The translations under genes and the position numbers were made by a program. A stretch of 64,000 bases of DNA from Macrostomum lignano (Eukaryota), in the NCBI GenBank assembly GCA_002269645.1, contig NIVC01000038.1, positions 62,001-126,000 on the forward strand. The letters run 5' to 3'. Positions 37,539-51,200 of the stretch are shown here, in pieces (within the stretch, counting starts at the first letter, position 1; every line of letters begins with the position of its first letter). The notes beneath the pieces are model-generated. The model was not told the origin of the DNA and did not search any database. It saw nothing but the letters and a program-made list of their open reading frames with translations.

Positions 37539-38009
37539 ACAAAGTTCTAAATTTTTCGCTTCGTTCATTCAGTTAAGCAGGAGAAACGAGAACTGCAACA
37601 AGTGTCTCTTACCTAGCAACAGATCCCAACTCCAGACTCAGTTTTTGAACAGGTGTGTCTGTGTGTGAGAGCGGGCCATTCGAGGGCGTAGCCAGCCGCC
37701 CCTTGTCGGTTGCTGGCCTATCTGTATCAGTTCTGCCCCTCTCAAGAAGTTCGTGTCTTTGAGCAAATCCCCTACGGGTATCTGAGATGTGGAAAATGCA
37801 AAAGAGTTCGTTTGCCGATACGAGAAGAAATGGTAAGTGGCTGTGCAAATAAGATTGGAGCCGATTAGAAAGCGTCTACCTATCACAGTGGCTGCCTTTC
37901 AAATATTGACAGAAAGTTGGATCTCAGATCTCACAATTCTCTCTTTTTCCCTTTGCCTTCCAGTCCCAGTTTCTACTGTGTCTCACGTTTGCTCTAGAAC
38001 TACTCCATC

Positions 38010-38475
38010 ACTTCCTAATCTACCCCATCTCTCCCCAATCTACCCCATCTCTCTCCAATCTACCCCAATCTCTTCCTAATCTATCTCATCTCTTCCTAAT
38101 CTATCTCATATCTTCCCAAGCTACCCCATCTCTCCCCAATCTACTCCATCTCTCTCCAATCTACCCCAATCTCTTCCTAATCTACCCCATCTCTTCCCAA
38201 TCTACCCCATCTCTCGCAATTCTATCCAATTTCTTCCCATTCTACCCTATCTCTCCCCAATCTACGCCATCTCTCCACAGTCTACCCCATATCTCCCCGA
38301 TCTATCCCATCTCTTCCTAATGTATCCCATCTCTCCCCAATCTACCCCATCGCTTCACAATCGACCCCATCTCTGCCCAATCTACTCCATCTCTTCCTAA
38401 TCTACCAAAAAATCTCGCCAATCTACCCCATATTTTTCCAGTCTACCCTATCTCTTCTTAATCCATCCTAACCCC
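38010..38475. repeat. ~20-bp degenerate minisatellite (aatctaccccatctct...)
   Basis: Direct inspection. Confidence 0.9.
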
Positions 38476-39093
38476 TTTCAGAATCCCGCCTCAGTTTTAT
38501 CGAGCCCCAATTTCGGAAAATATCGATTAATAATGACCAATGAGAATGAGAATCTAGACCAGTTTTGCATAATCTCCTCGCACTGACTCACAACTTCGTT
38601 CAGTGCTTTTTGACCTGTCCTTCCCGCCCAGCTGACATCGGAAATAAGAGGGAATAAAAAAGTCCATCTCCCCACTCTTTAGTCACGTTACTGGACAAAA
38701 ACTCTATAAGGACGCATATTGGTATGGTAATTGATGCCGATGAAATCGAAAAAATGGCCTGCAAAACAGCGTTGAGCAGTTCCGATCCTCATGACCCAGT
38801 TGTGAGACCGGCTGTGACTAATACATATATCACAGGAGAAATACAAGCTATGCGCGAGGGGATTAGGGGCTGCGAGAGGGAGACGGGCGGTGGGAGGCTG
38901 TGTGTGGGGTGGGGGATAAGGGGAGAGGAAGAAAGGCGGACCTACACAAGTCAAACTTGGGGATATTTAGCAGTTGATTGCGGTATGAAAGTGATGGGTA
39001 TGTATGAAGGTTTTAGCTCACTTGGAACTTTAAGAGAGCTTATTGTGGGCATCCTAGTGTGTAGGAGATCCAACAGATTTCAGTGTCTTGCTT

Positions 39094-39393
39094 GGGGGTT
39101 GCAGCTTAGTGGTAAGAGCTTGGGACTCACGACTTGAAGGTCGGGGGTTCGATTCTCGACCAACTCGGAACAATTTGTGTCCTTGAGCAAGACACTTAAG
39201 TCTGCATTGCTTCAGTTCACCCAGCTGTAAAATGGGTGCCAGTATTAGCTGGGGTAAGTGAGGGTGTGTGTGGCGACCCCCCCCTTCAGTCCTTGGACTG
39301 AACAGCCGTACGCAGCCTTCAGATGCGCCGCGCAGTAGCTGCGGCTGAGCTGTCGGTTCCACATCTGCCCATTAGGACAGGTGTAATCAATTA

Positions 39394-39474
<81 letters not shown>
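39094..39474 (+). mobile_element. tRNA-derived CORE-type SINE with (ATT)n tail
   Basis: A-box-like cagcttagtgg (~39102), B-box ggttcgattc (39146), CORE-like tgtgtccttgagcaagacacttaa...cttcagttcacccagctgtaaaatgggt (39176-39237, compare MIR core), (att)n tail 39405-39474. Confidence 0.8.
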
Positions 39475-39475
<1 letters not shown>

Positions 39476-39540
39476 CGGGGTTCTTGATTGGAGGATAGTG
39501 TTGTGTCGTTCTAGGGGGTTTAGCTTTCTGTGCAATAGTA

Positions 39541-39770
39541 TGGGTGTCTGTAGAGAGTGTGTCTGTAGAGGGTGTGTCTGCAGTGACTGTGTCTGTAGAG
39601 GGTGTGTCTGCAGTGAATGTGTCTGTAGAGGGTGTGTCTGTAGAGGGTGTGTCTGCAGTGAATGTGTCTGCAGTGAATGTGTCTGCAGTGAATGTGTCTG
39701 TAGAGGGTGTGTCTGCAGTGAATGTGTCTGTAGAGAGTGTGTCTGTAGAGGATTCGTCTGCAGAAGCTGC
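39541..39770. repeat. 15-bp minisatellite (gtgtgtctgtagagg / atgtgtctgcagtga)
   Basis: Direct inspection. Confidence 0.9.
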
Positions 39771-39919
39771 AAGTATCTGCAGAACGTTAAGTGTCTGTTG
39801 ACAGCTTAAAAAACTCTTGACAATTACGTTTAAAATCTTATTTTCAGTGACACACGAAAGCATCGTTGAGCACAACAGCGCACAGACACGCATGCTTCAT
39901 CGCAAAATTCACTTTGCAG

Positions 39920-40671
39920 GCAAATCTCCGTGCTGATGGGTCGTTTATTTCTGCCAGACGGTAGTCAACTGATCGGCAGTCGTCAGGAGGACGCTCGAAA
40001 TCCATCGGCCGGACACAGCTTGTCCCGGCCAGATGGGAGTTTCACCCTAGTGGTCTCAGCGTCCGGAGGCTCCGGATTCATTGCACTGAGCTTCAGGCGC
40101 AGTTACACGCCGAACCGTTCGCTACAAGCCGAGTTCCTACTCAGCGGCGTCCCTGTGGGAGCATTTCTCAACCTGGGTAACATCGTGCTCACTCCGGCCG
40201 ATGCGGGGACACCAATGACGATTTTCTCTGCGCCATCGTCAATTGGTTCGAGTAGCTCCCAGTTTCCGCAGGTCTACTCAGAGAAGCGAACGGTCAACAG
40301 CGGCTTCTCCCCGATGCTCCGACTGCCTCTACCCACTGTTCAACAAGTAGATGGTCACCTCTTGAGCACTATTCTTAGCAATGGGATAATTTTAGAACGG
40401 CAGGTGATCAAGCTGAGCATACCAGTGCCAGATAGTCCGTTCAGTCTGGTGTACAGCTCCTCCCGAGCTGCCGGATTCAAAGAGCTGCTGCCGGTGAAAC
40501 TTCTCAGCGACTCGCTACCGACTGGACTCGCTGAGGTGCTCTGCCAGGTCAGCATCGGCGGCAGCTTGCAGCAGAAACGATTCCACCCGAAGCCGAACCT
40601 GACCCACATTTTTGAATGGGATCGAATGGACCCGTTTGGGAGACCGCTGACCGGACTGGTGGAGGCCAGAG
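39920..40671 (+). CDS. TENM: Teneurin TTR-like/FN-plug exon
   Basis: SRPDGSFTLVVSASGG...LSFRR and PNLTHIFEWDRMDPFGRPLTGL match conserved teneurin motifs; acceptor actttgcag|, donor g|gtgagc. Confidence 0.92.
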
Positions 40672-40759
40672 GTGAGCGCCTTCGCACTGAGTCAAATTTT
40701 AGCAACCTTGACTACATGTAAGACCGCATTTCAGCTTCAACAACCGCAAAATCTTCCAG

Positions 40760-40900
40760 TGTCAGTGGGCTTCAGATTCTCCAGCTGCAGTCGGATTGTC
40801 TGGCAGACTCGAGCGACGCTGCTGCCCGGGGCCGAGCTGATCCCGTCTCGACTTGGCCAGTGGAGCATCGACAAAGTGCACGCCTACGACTACGAAGCTG
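40760..40900 (+). CDS. TENM: Teneurin FN-plug exon
   Basis: VSVGFRFSSCSRIVWQTRATLLPGAELIPSRLGQWSIDKVHAY resembles VSVGYEYxSC...WExRT...LGGWSLDxHH; phase 1-1. Confidence 0.92.
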
Positions 40901-41251
40901 GTGAGGACAACTGGCGGATTATTCTGGATTTTGATTGAGAACATATCCGTGATGCTGATTCAAAATACATCAAAGGTCTTGATTCAATTTACTTCCTGGA
41001 TCTATATCTCAGTTTCAAAGTACGAGCTACATTCGGAGTCTTCATCTAAAGTACATTCGTGGTCTTGATCTAAAGCAAATTTAGAGTCTTGATCTAAAGT
41101 ACATTTACATCTAAGTCTTGATAAAATACATATATCATCATTCAAGGTACATCCAGGATCTTGATATAAATCCACGAGAGATGATACGTGGTATCTGTTT
41201 GTTTAAAAACACCCATTTCAACACTCAAAACACCGAATCCGCAACATACAG

Positions 41252-42814
41252 GAGTTCTTCACATGGGTGACGGTTCAACAGAGTATCTGAGCCAGCGACC
41301 CTGGATTATGGAGAGACTGCCTGTGGGCAGCGGAGCAGCATCACTCTCAACGAGTCGTGCGGCCCGTTGGAGCCTCGCCGTCACCGCAACTGGTCACGTG
41401 ATATTCGCCGACCCTGTCGCTCGTCTCGTCTCGATTCTGTCGCCAAGCAGTGGAGATTCGCCTCAGACGTTGCTCCGTTTGGAAGCGGCAACTCATCCGG
41501 GTTCGGCCGTTCTCTACCTGGCCAACGACCCGTCCAGCCCGTCGGACCGGGCAGCGGTCTACCTGAGCGACCCCGGTCGGCGAGAAATTCTGCGCCTGCC
41601 GCTGAACCTGGCGCCTCCGATCAAGTTGACTCTGCCGACGGAATCATCGCCAAGAGCTCTGACGATTGACGCCAATGGAGTTTTGTACTACGTTGACACC
41701 TACAGCATCATGAGAGTCTCCACGGGGGCATCCAATGTCCCAAAGACAATCGTCGCTGGCAACGGCGGCGCTCTGGCTGGACTCGAACCCTGGCCATGCC
41801 GGGAGCTGGACCTCGCCGCCGACAATCTGTCGAAACCCTTGCCGATCCGTTGGCCAGTGGACCTCGCCATAAATCCTCTGGACAACAGTCTGCACTTCAT
41901 CGACGATCAGAGCGTGTTCCGTCTGTCCTCAGAGTCGGGCCGAGTCGAGCTCGTCGCTGGCCGTCCGCCGCACTGTCCGGCAGCAAATTTAAACACAGAT
42001 GCCGCCGTGAATCAGCGCCTTCGATCGCCTCGAAGCATCGAGTTCACGGCTCAGGGCGAGCTTCTGATTGCTCAAGCCGACGGTCTCTGGGTCATGCGAT
42101 CCGACGGACGGCTTCAGGCCTTCCCAGTGGCCGAGCTACCAAGCTTGGCTTCTTCCGACTCGGTCTCCGACATCTCTGTAGGCCCTCAGGGTCAGATTTA
42201 TCTGACAGCCGGCCCGTCCATGCTTAAGCTTCGTCCGAATCTACCTTCGCTGTCTACCTCTGCCAGCTCAGTCTACCGAGTGTCGTCCAGAGACGCCAGT
42301 GAAATTTTCACCTTCAGCCACGAAGGCAAACACCTCGGCACGGAGGACGCCGTCACCGGCACTGTGAAGTATCGGTTCGAGCATTCGACCTACGATACCA
42401 GCCTAGGAGCTCCCGTGCTCAAAATCCGAATGGGCAACAATGCCACATTCGAGTTGCGCAACGAGTATCACAATGCGAGCATTCGATCGCCAAGCGGCAG
42501 GGAGTGCCAGCTTGAGTACAGCGAGCTGGGTCAAGCTCGCATAATCTCCTGTCAGGGCGGAGGTCGGTACAGCTTTGAGTATGAGAGCCGTGGCGGCGGT
42601 GTGACGTCAGCGACTTTTCCTAGCGGAGGCCGGTGGCTGTTCCGGTACACTGATGCTGGCCGGATCAGCGAGACTATAAATCCAACAGGACGAGTTGACC
42701 AGCTGCTGACGGAGGCGACTGCCGAAGGCGTGAGAGTCAGGAGCGGGACAGCGTCGGTGGAGTTCGATGGGTCCGGGGCCAAGCCTGTTGGCTACCGGCG
42801 TCTCATCTCCGGAG
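41252..42814 (+). CDS. TENM: Teneurin NHL beta-propeller and first YD repeats
   Basis: GVLHMGDGSTEYLSQRP; IRWPVDLAINPLDNSLHFIDD (conserved WPTDLAxNPxDNSLY); EIFTFSHEGKHLGT; donor g|gtgagt. Confidence 0.93.
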
Positions 42815-42822
42815 GTGAGTAA

Positions 42823-43712
42823 GAAATTAGAAATTAGAAATCTAAGGAGATTAAATTAGAAATCTAAGGAGACTAAATTATAAATCTAAGCAGACTAAAT
42901 TAGAAATGTAAGGAGACTAAATTAGAAATCTAAGCAGACTAAATTAGAAATCTAAGGAGACTAAAACAAAAAGTCTAACGAGACTAAATTAGAAATCTAA
43001 GGAGTCTAAATTAGAAATCTAAAGAGACTAAAACAAAAAGTCTAACGAGACTAAATTAGAAATCTAAGGAGTCTAAATTAGAAATCTAAAGAGACTAAAA
43101 CAAAAAGTCTAACGAGACTAAATTAGAAATCAAAAGAGACTAAATTAGAAATCTAAGGAGTCTAAATTAGAAATCTAAAGAGACTAAAAAAAGTCTAACG
43201 AGACTAAATTAGAAATCAAAAGAGACTAAATTAGAAATCTAAGGAGTCTAAATTAGAAATCTAAAGAGACTAAAACAAAAAGTCTAACGAGACTAAATTA
43301 GAAATCAAAAGAGACTAAATTAGAAATCTAAGGAGTCTAAATTAGAAATCTAAAGAGACTAAAACAAAAAGTCCAAGGAGACTAAATTAGAAATCAAAAG
43401 GGACTAAATTAGAAATCTAAGGAGACTAAATTAGAAATCTAAAGAGACTAAATTAGATATCTAGAGCGACTAAATTAGAAATCTAAAGAGACTAAATTAG
43501 ATATCTAAGGAGACTAAATTAGAAATCTAAAGAGACTAAATTAGAAATCTAAAGAGACTAAATTAGATATCTAAGGAGACTAAATTAGAAATCTAAAGAG
43601 ACTAAATTAGAAATCTAAAGAGACTAAATTAGATATCTAAGGAGACTAAATTAGAAATCTAAAGAGACTAAATTAGAAATCTAAGGAGACTAAATTAGAA
43701 ATCTAAAGATAA
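42823..43712. repeat. 22-bp minisatellite (ggagactaaattagaaatctaa) starting right after the donor at 42815
   Basis: Direct inspection. Confidence 0.95.
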
Positions 43713-44324
43713 TTAATTTGAAATACTTGTGCCAGGTAAAAATTTGAAACCGGATATGCTATGTAAGCATAGGAAAATATCCCCTATTACCACTGACTCA
43801 TTATATACCCTACTCCATCTATTTTAAATAAAAAATAGGCCAAGAAAAACTGAAAACGGGAAGAAATATGAGTGCTCAAAAAATATACCTTTTCTGTCTT
43901 TCGGCCCGAAGTCGGTATGGTATAATTGAGAGATATGGTGACTGAGGGAACGGTTGGGTGACTCAGAGCAGGGTCAGGGGAGGTGGGCAGGCAGCGGTGA
44001 CTGACACAGCTCCCGTTCTTCTCCCTCATTCCTCCCTTCCTCATTTTCACCCGCGTGGCGATATTGATATTTGAACAAAAAGTATTGAGAATTTCGACGG
44101 ATAGACGGGGGGGGGGGCGTTTTGCTGGAATTATCGAAGGGGGAGGACTTGAGAAGTGGGAGTCGCTTGCGTTTTATCCGTTGAGCAAACAGGGGACGGA
44201 GGCGAATAAAGGGTGGTCTGTCGTTGATGAAGGCTGGTTCGAGCAAGGGGGGTTTGTAGGCTAGGCAGTAATTCGAGGCTAGGTAATTCTCTATGAACTT
44301 AGGGCTTTGGCTTGGGAATCTAGT

Positions 44325-46152
44325 TTGGGATCATTCTAGTTTGGGATCAATCTAGCTTGAGATTATTCTAGTTTGGGATCATCTAGTTTGGAATTATTAT
44401 ACTTTGGGATCATTCTAGTTTGAATCAATATAGTTTGGGATTATTCTAGTTTTGGATCATTTTACTTTGGGATCAATCTAGGTTGAGATCATTCTAGTTT
44501 GGGATAAATCTAGTTTGGGATCATTCTATTTTGGGATTATTCTAGTTTGGGATCATTCTAGTTTGGGATTATTCTAGTTTGGTATCATTCTAGTTTGGGA
44601 TCATCTAGTTTGGGATTATTCTAGTTTGGTATCATTCTAGTTTGGTATCATTCTAGTTTGGGATCATCTAGTTTGGGATCATTCTAGTTTGGGATCATTC
44701 TAGGTTGGGATCATCTAGTTTGGGATCATTCTAGTTTGGTATCATTCTAGTTTGGTATCATTCTAGTTTGGGATCATCTAGTTTGGGATCATTCTAGTTT
44801 GGGATCATTCTAGGTTGGGATCATCTAGTTTGGGATCATTCTAGTTTGGTATCATTCTAGTTTGGGATCATCTAGTTTGGGATCATTCTAGTTTGGGATC
44901 ATTCTAGTTTGGGATCATTCTAGTTTGGTATCATTCTAGTTTGGGATCATTCTAGTTTGGGATCAATCTAGTTTGGGATCATTCTAGTTTGGGATTATTC
45001 TAGTTTGGTATCATTCTAGTTTGGGATCATTCTAGTTTGGGATCATTCTAGTTTGGGATTATTCTAGTTTGGGATCATTCTAGTTTGGGATCATCTAGTT
45101 TGGGATCATTCTAGTTTGAATCAATCTAGTTTGGGATCATTCTAGTTTGGGATCATTCTAGTTTGGGATCATTCTAGTTTGGGATCATTCTAGTTTGGGA
45201 TCATTCTAGTTTGGGATCATTCTAGTTTGGGATCATTCTAGTTTGGTATCATTCTAGTTTGGTATCATTCTAGTTTGGTAACATTCTAGTTTGAGATCAT
45301 CTAGTTTGGGATCATCTAGTTTGGGATCATTCTAGTTTGGGATCATCTAGTTTGGGATCATTCTAGTTTGGGATCATCTAGTTTGGGATCATTCTAGTTT
45401 GGTATCATTCTAGTTTAGGATCATCTAGTTTGGGATCATTCTAGTTTGGGATCATTCTAGTTTGGTATCATTCTAGTTTAGGATCATTCTAGTTTGGTAT
45501 CATTCTAGTTTGGGATCATCTAGTTTGGGATCATTCTAGTTTGGTATCATTCTAGTTTGGTATCATTCTAATTTGGTATCATTCTAGTTTGGGATCATCT
45601 AGTTTGGTATCATTCTAGTTTGGGATCATCTAGTTTGGGATCATTCTAGTTTGGGATCATCTAGTTTGGGATCATTCTAGTTTGGGATCATTCTAGTTTG
45701 GTATCATTCTAGTTTGGGATCATTCTAGTTTGGGATCATTCTAGTTTGATATCATTCTAGTTTGGTATCATTCTAGTTTGGGATCATTCTAGTTTGGGAT
45801 CATCTAGTTTGGTATCATTCTAGTTTGGGATCATCTAGTTTGGTATCATTCTAGTTTGGGATCATCTAGTTTGGTATTATTCTAGTTTGGTATCATTTGG
45901 TATCATTCTAGTTTGGTATCATTCTAGTTTGGTATCATTCTAGTTTGGTATCATTCTAGTTTGGTATCATTCTAGTTTGGGATCATTCTAGTTTGGGATC
46001 ATTCTAGTTTGGGATCATCTAGTTTGGGATCATTCTAGTTTGGGATCATTCTAGTTTGGGATCATTCTAGTTTGGGATCATTCTAGTTTGGTATCATTCT
46101 AGTTTGGGATCATTCAAGTTTGGTATCATTCTAGTTTGGTATCATTCTAGAT
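44325..46152. repeat. 16/17-bp minisatellite (tctagtttgggatcat(t))
   Basis: Direct inspection. Confidence 0.95.
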
Positions 46153-46985
46153 GATACTCACTCACACACATCTTGGCAATCCTCCTGGCAACAAAGAGAA
46201 TGTATTATTATCATGCTTACTAGTACATATATTATTTATCGTCAAATAAAAAGTGGTCCATGATGCTCAGTTCCTTTCCCAGTTAGCTTGAGCTGGCCTC
46301 AGGCAGGTCGCATTAGCAGTTCAAACGCCCACTTCACGGGGAAGGCGAACTGACACTTGCGCACGACAGCACCCTTCACTTGGGCCCCGGGTGTTAAGCA
46401 GAGCACACAGCTCCGGATCGTTTGTCAAACACTTCACGGTTGAGCACATTAGTCATACAGCGCTTTCACTGTGCAGGATTAGGACCTTGTTGAGTTGCGT
46501 CCCAATGGTCTGAATGAAAATCCCAAATGCCGCCGCCGTCGGGGTTCAAGCTGAATTAACAAAGACTGGCGTGAGTGCTTTTTGTAGATTTTTTCCTCTG
46601 TGAAAAAAAGCAAAATCCTCATTGTTTCGATTGTGAGAATTTCTAGGTACAGGAGCTGCTTTCACTGGAGGTACGCGATCTCGGGATATTGCGACTAACG
46701 AGAAAAAAAAACTACACCAGCTGACCTCGTGTCTTCCTGTTGTTGAAAAGTGTAGAAAAAAGTTTTCGGAAAGTAAAATAAAAACTATACGGCTAGAAAA
46801 TCTCGAAAGAAGCCCGGAGTGGAGATTCCTGGAAAATCGATGGCGTGAGAAGCCTTGTCTGGGAGTAAAACAGGAACTGCGCGCGACTCTTACCGCTGCT
46901 AACACCTCGGAGCGAAGCCCCTGCTTACCCAGGCATTCTGATTGACGTTTCACTTGAAACTGATCCTGCTGATCAAACTGGACTA

Positions 46986-47286
<301 letters not shown>

Positions 47287-47915
47287 TATTGCGCCTGTCC
47301 CAGTTTCTAAATGCCTACCGCCGTGACATATCTTGACACAGGGCTCTCAGAAGCTGGGTGTGGGAGTTCCACCTGCCCGCCTCCCATCCGCAGCGCACCC
47401 GCATGCTCATTGTAAATTGACAGGTGACAAAGTTAGCACCGACATAAAAAAGCGTCATTTCCCCCTGGCGCGTAGGGGGATGGCACTGCAGGGCGTGCAC
47501 AAGCGCCGCGTACCATAAAGAAGAGGAACTGAATGCCTATTGTCCCCCACTCCTATCACTCCTATCCTGTCTGCTTTCAGTAGCAGAGCAGCATTTTTGC
47601 AGCTCAAATAGAGCTGTTAACATTTACACTCTTCTTGCCAAATTACCTGTGAGTCATATGCACAACCAATTTTTTCCTTTAAAATCTGATTAAACCTAAT
47701 GGCAGTAATTTTATAAAGAACTGTCAATCAACTGGAAATGAAGAGTTTCTCAGAAAACTGCTTCAACTGTTTGATTATCCATTGATTGATTGGATTGCTA
47801 GGATACATGGGACACTCTACTCCAATTGCTTGTCAAATATAACTAGGGGATACTCAAGTCTGAGCACCTGAGCTTTTGAATAAAATATATCATTTATACC
47901 TGAAGAAATTTGGTT

Positions 47916-48470
47916 TCTGGGGAATGCTTGCTATCTGGGGGATGCTTGCTATCTGGGGGATGCTTGCTATCTGGGGGATGCTTGCTATCTGGGGGATGCT
48001 TGCTATCTGGGGGATGCTTGCTATCTGGGGGATGCTTGCTATCTGGGGGATGCTTGCTATCTTGGGGATGCTTGCTATCTTGGGGATGCTTGCTATCTGG
48101 GGGTTGCTTGCTATCTGGGGGATGCTTACTATCTGGGGGATGCTTACTATCTGGGGGATGCTTGCTATCTGGGGGATGCTTGCTATCTGGGGGATGCTTG
48201 CTATCTGGGGGATGCTTGCTATCTGGGGGATGCTTGCTATCTGGGGGATGCTTGCTATCTGGGGGATGCTTGCTATCTGGGGGATGCTTGCTATCTGGGG
48301 GATGCTTGCTATCTGAGGGATGCTTGCTATCTGAGGGGATGCTTGCTATCTGAGGGGATGCTTGCTATCTGGGGGATGCTTGCTATCTGGGGGATGCTTG
48401 CTATCTGGGGGATGCTTGCTATCTGGGGGATGCTTGCTATCTGGGGGATGCTTGCTATCTGGGGGATGCT
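47916..48470. repeat. 18-bp minisatellite (gatgcttgctatctgggg)
   Basis: Direct inspection; explains the WGMLAI pseudo-ORF. Confidence 0.95.
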
Positions 48471-49124
48471 ATTGTGCGCCCCGAAGGAAGGTACTAGATT
48501 GCTAGTTTGTTTATTATCCTAAAATTCTATTATAAGGATCTGGTCATTTAGGTATTAGCAAACGCGAATCGTCGGTCGTGTTGTTGAGACACCTCCAAAC
48601 GAAACTTCATCTTCTTCATCAAGGTCTTTCTCATTTCGAATCTAGAGAAGCATCACGAGCATCACGGGTCACGTTTCTAAATATTAGATAGAATTCATTA
48701 AGATCCCGAAGTCGCTCACACAAAGACCAACCAAATAGTTCTCCAATTTCGATAGAAAACACGAGCTCTAGTACCATGTAGTTTCGGCCTAGATATCGGT
48801 AACACTGAGAGGCTGAATCATTTCATGTGTTTTTTGTTTCACAAAGCAAATCGAAACCCCCCCCCACTATACAGGAATCTCTCTCTTCATCATAATTATT
48901 AACCTCTTCTCGTTTGATGTAGCGAAATCTCGTATCGCCCTCTCATAGAGAGAGGAATGGAGAGTATTTTTTTAATCAGCGACTGAATCTGGTTAATCAG
49001 CTTTGTTATTCGGGTGCGCTCTGGTAGGCGATCAAAGAGCGAACGCTGGGGGCTTTCGTCTTATTGATGGGTCTTTTGTAGCATACCTGTACCTGGGTCT
49101 GTCTCATAGTCTCTTGTTATGTCT

Positions 49125-50010
49125 CTTTCTCTTCTACCTATATCTCCCTTTGTGCCTACTTCTCTTTATCTCTTTCTGTGTCTACTTCTCCCTTACCCTC
49201 AGTGTCTACTTCTCTCTATCTCTTTCAGTGTCTACTTCTCTCTGACTTTCAGTGTCTACTTTCTCTCTCTCTCCCTCAGTGTCTACTTCTCTCTTCCCTC
49301 AGTGTCTACTTCTCTCTCCCTCCGTGTCTACTTTTCTCTCTCTCCCTCAGTGTCTACTTTCTCTCTCTCTCTCCCTCACTATCTACTTCGCTCTCTCCCT
49401 CAGTGTCTACTTTTCTCTCTCTCTCCCTCACTATCTACTTCTCTCTCTCCCTCAGTGTCTACTTTTCTCTCTCTCCCTCACTGTCTACTTTTCTCTCTCT
49501 CTCCCTCACTATCTACTTCTCTCTCTCCCTCAGTGTCTACTTTTCTCTCTCTCCCTCAGTAACTACTTCTATCTCTCCCTCAGTGTCTACTTCTCTCTCT
49601 CCGTCAGTGTCTACTTTTCTCTCCCTCCCTCAGTAACTACTTCTATCTCTCCCTCAGTGTCTACTTCTCTCTCTCCGACAGTGTATACTTCTCTCTATAC
49701 CTCAGTGTCCACTTCTCTCTCTCTCCCTCAGTGTCTACTTCTTTCTCTCTCCCTCAGTGTCTACTTCTTTCTCTCTCCCTCAGTGTCTACTTTTCTCTCT
49801 CTTTGCATCCCTATCTACTTCTCTCTTCCCCTCAGAAACTACTTCCCTCTCTCTCCCTCAGTGTCTACTTCTCTCTCTCTCCGACAGTGTAAACTTCTCT
49901 CTATACCTCAGTGTCTACTTCTGTCTCTCCTCAGTGTCTACATCTATCTCCCCTTTAGTGTCTAATTCTCTCTCTCACTCAGGGTCTAACCCTGGTCCCC
50001 TCTACCTGTC
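49125..50010. repeat. CT-rich ~24-26-bp minisatellite (ctcagtgtctacttctctctctcc)
   Basis: Direct inspection. Confidence 0.9.
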
Positions 50011-50129
50011 TACCTCTCCTCTTTAGTATCAACTAACCTTCATTTGTCTTCTCAGTACCCATTCACTTAGGTAAATGCACTCAAAGCAAAACAATTTAAG
50101 TAAAAAAGTATTCTTTCCACTCTCCCCAG

Positions 50130-50380
50130 ACCTCCCAGCTCTGCAGTCAGTCGCGGAGTCGAACCTACCGAATGGCAGTCGCCGTCTCACTGCTCACCTG
50201 ACCTGCCGAAACTGTTCCATCAAATTCGTAACATCTGGGACAACTGCCAGCGGCAATGGCGGCGGTACTACGAGATGGCGCCGAACGATTCGATTGGGAC
50301 GGTCGTCTGATGGACTAGATGCCAGCGCGTTGAAGCATCGATCCGAATGGGTGTACACTTCCGGTCAGATGAGTCTGATG
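50130..50380 (+). CDS. TENM: Teneurin YD-shell exon (divergent)
   Basis: Acceptor ttctttccactctccccag|, donor atg|gtgagc; phase 1-0 links neighbouring exons; weak recognisable similarity. Confidence 0.7.
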
Positions 50381-50499
50381 GTGAGCCTGACTGGGTCTGG
50401 TTGGGAGTTTGGTGTTCTTTAATGACTTCTAGGTGAACTGGAGTTCTGTTAGATAATAACGATTGTAATCTCTATTTATCGTCTCTCCATATCATTCCC

Positions 50500-51200
50500 G
50501 ATTCCCTCTCTCGGATCTCAACCCACTCTCTAATCTCCTTCTCTAAATTGAACCCTTCTTTTGAATCTCAACCCACTGTCTAATCTCCTTCTCTGATCTC
50601 ACCCCTTCTTTTGAATCTCAACCCACTGTCTAATCTTCTCTAATCTCACCCATTCTCTCGAATCTTAACCCTCTTTCTAATCTCCTTCTCTAATCTCAGT
50701 CTCCCAATCTAATTAACTGTCTCTCATCTCACCTCTCTAATCTCACTCCTGTCTCTAACCTCACTCATAATCTCTAATCTCAGTCTCCCAATCTAATTAA
50801 CTCTCTCTCTCATCTCACCTCTCTAATCTCACTCCTGTCTCTAACCTCACTCATAATCTCTAATCTCAGTCTCTCAATCTAATTAACTGTCTCTCATCTC
50901 ACCTCTCTAATCTCACCCCTGTCTCTAACCTCACTCATAATCTCTAATCTCAGTCTCCCAATCTAATTAACTCTCTCTCATCTCACCTCTCTAATCTCAA
51001 TCCTGTCTCTAACCTCACTCATAATCTCTAATCTCAGTCTCCCAATCTAATTAACTCTCTCTCATCTCACCTCTCTAATCTCAATCCTGTCTCTAACCTC
51101 ACTCATAATCTCTAATCTCAGTCTCCCAATCTAATTAACTCTCTCTTATCTCACCTATCTAATCTCACTCCTGTCTCTAACCTCACTCATAATCTCTATC
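50500..51200. repeat. ctctaatctc-based satellite with an ~84-bp higher-order unit
   Basis: Marker catctcacct recurs at 50725, 50811, 50895, 50979, 51063. Confidence 0.9.

Noticed and set aside
35189-37542. Long ORFs (KPLVL/APLVL, APG repeats) resembling collagen or elastin
   Set aside because: They are translations of the 15-bp intronic array; they break at the 14-bp units and have no supporting splice signals.
39094-39170. Functional tRNA gene
   Set aside because: No complete cloverleaf is evident and it continues into a CORE domain and (ATT)n tail, so a SINE fits better.
46280-46560. GC-richer unique segment in the long intron as a missing teneurin exon or nested gene
   Set aside because: No frame gives recognisable motifs, stops interrupt it, and exons 42814 and 50130 already join in phase.
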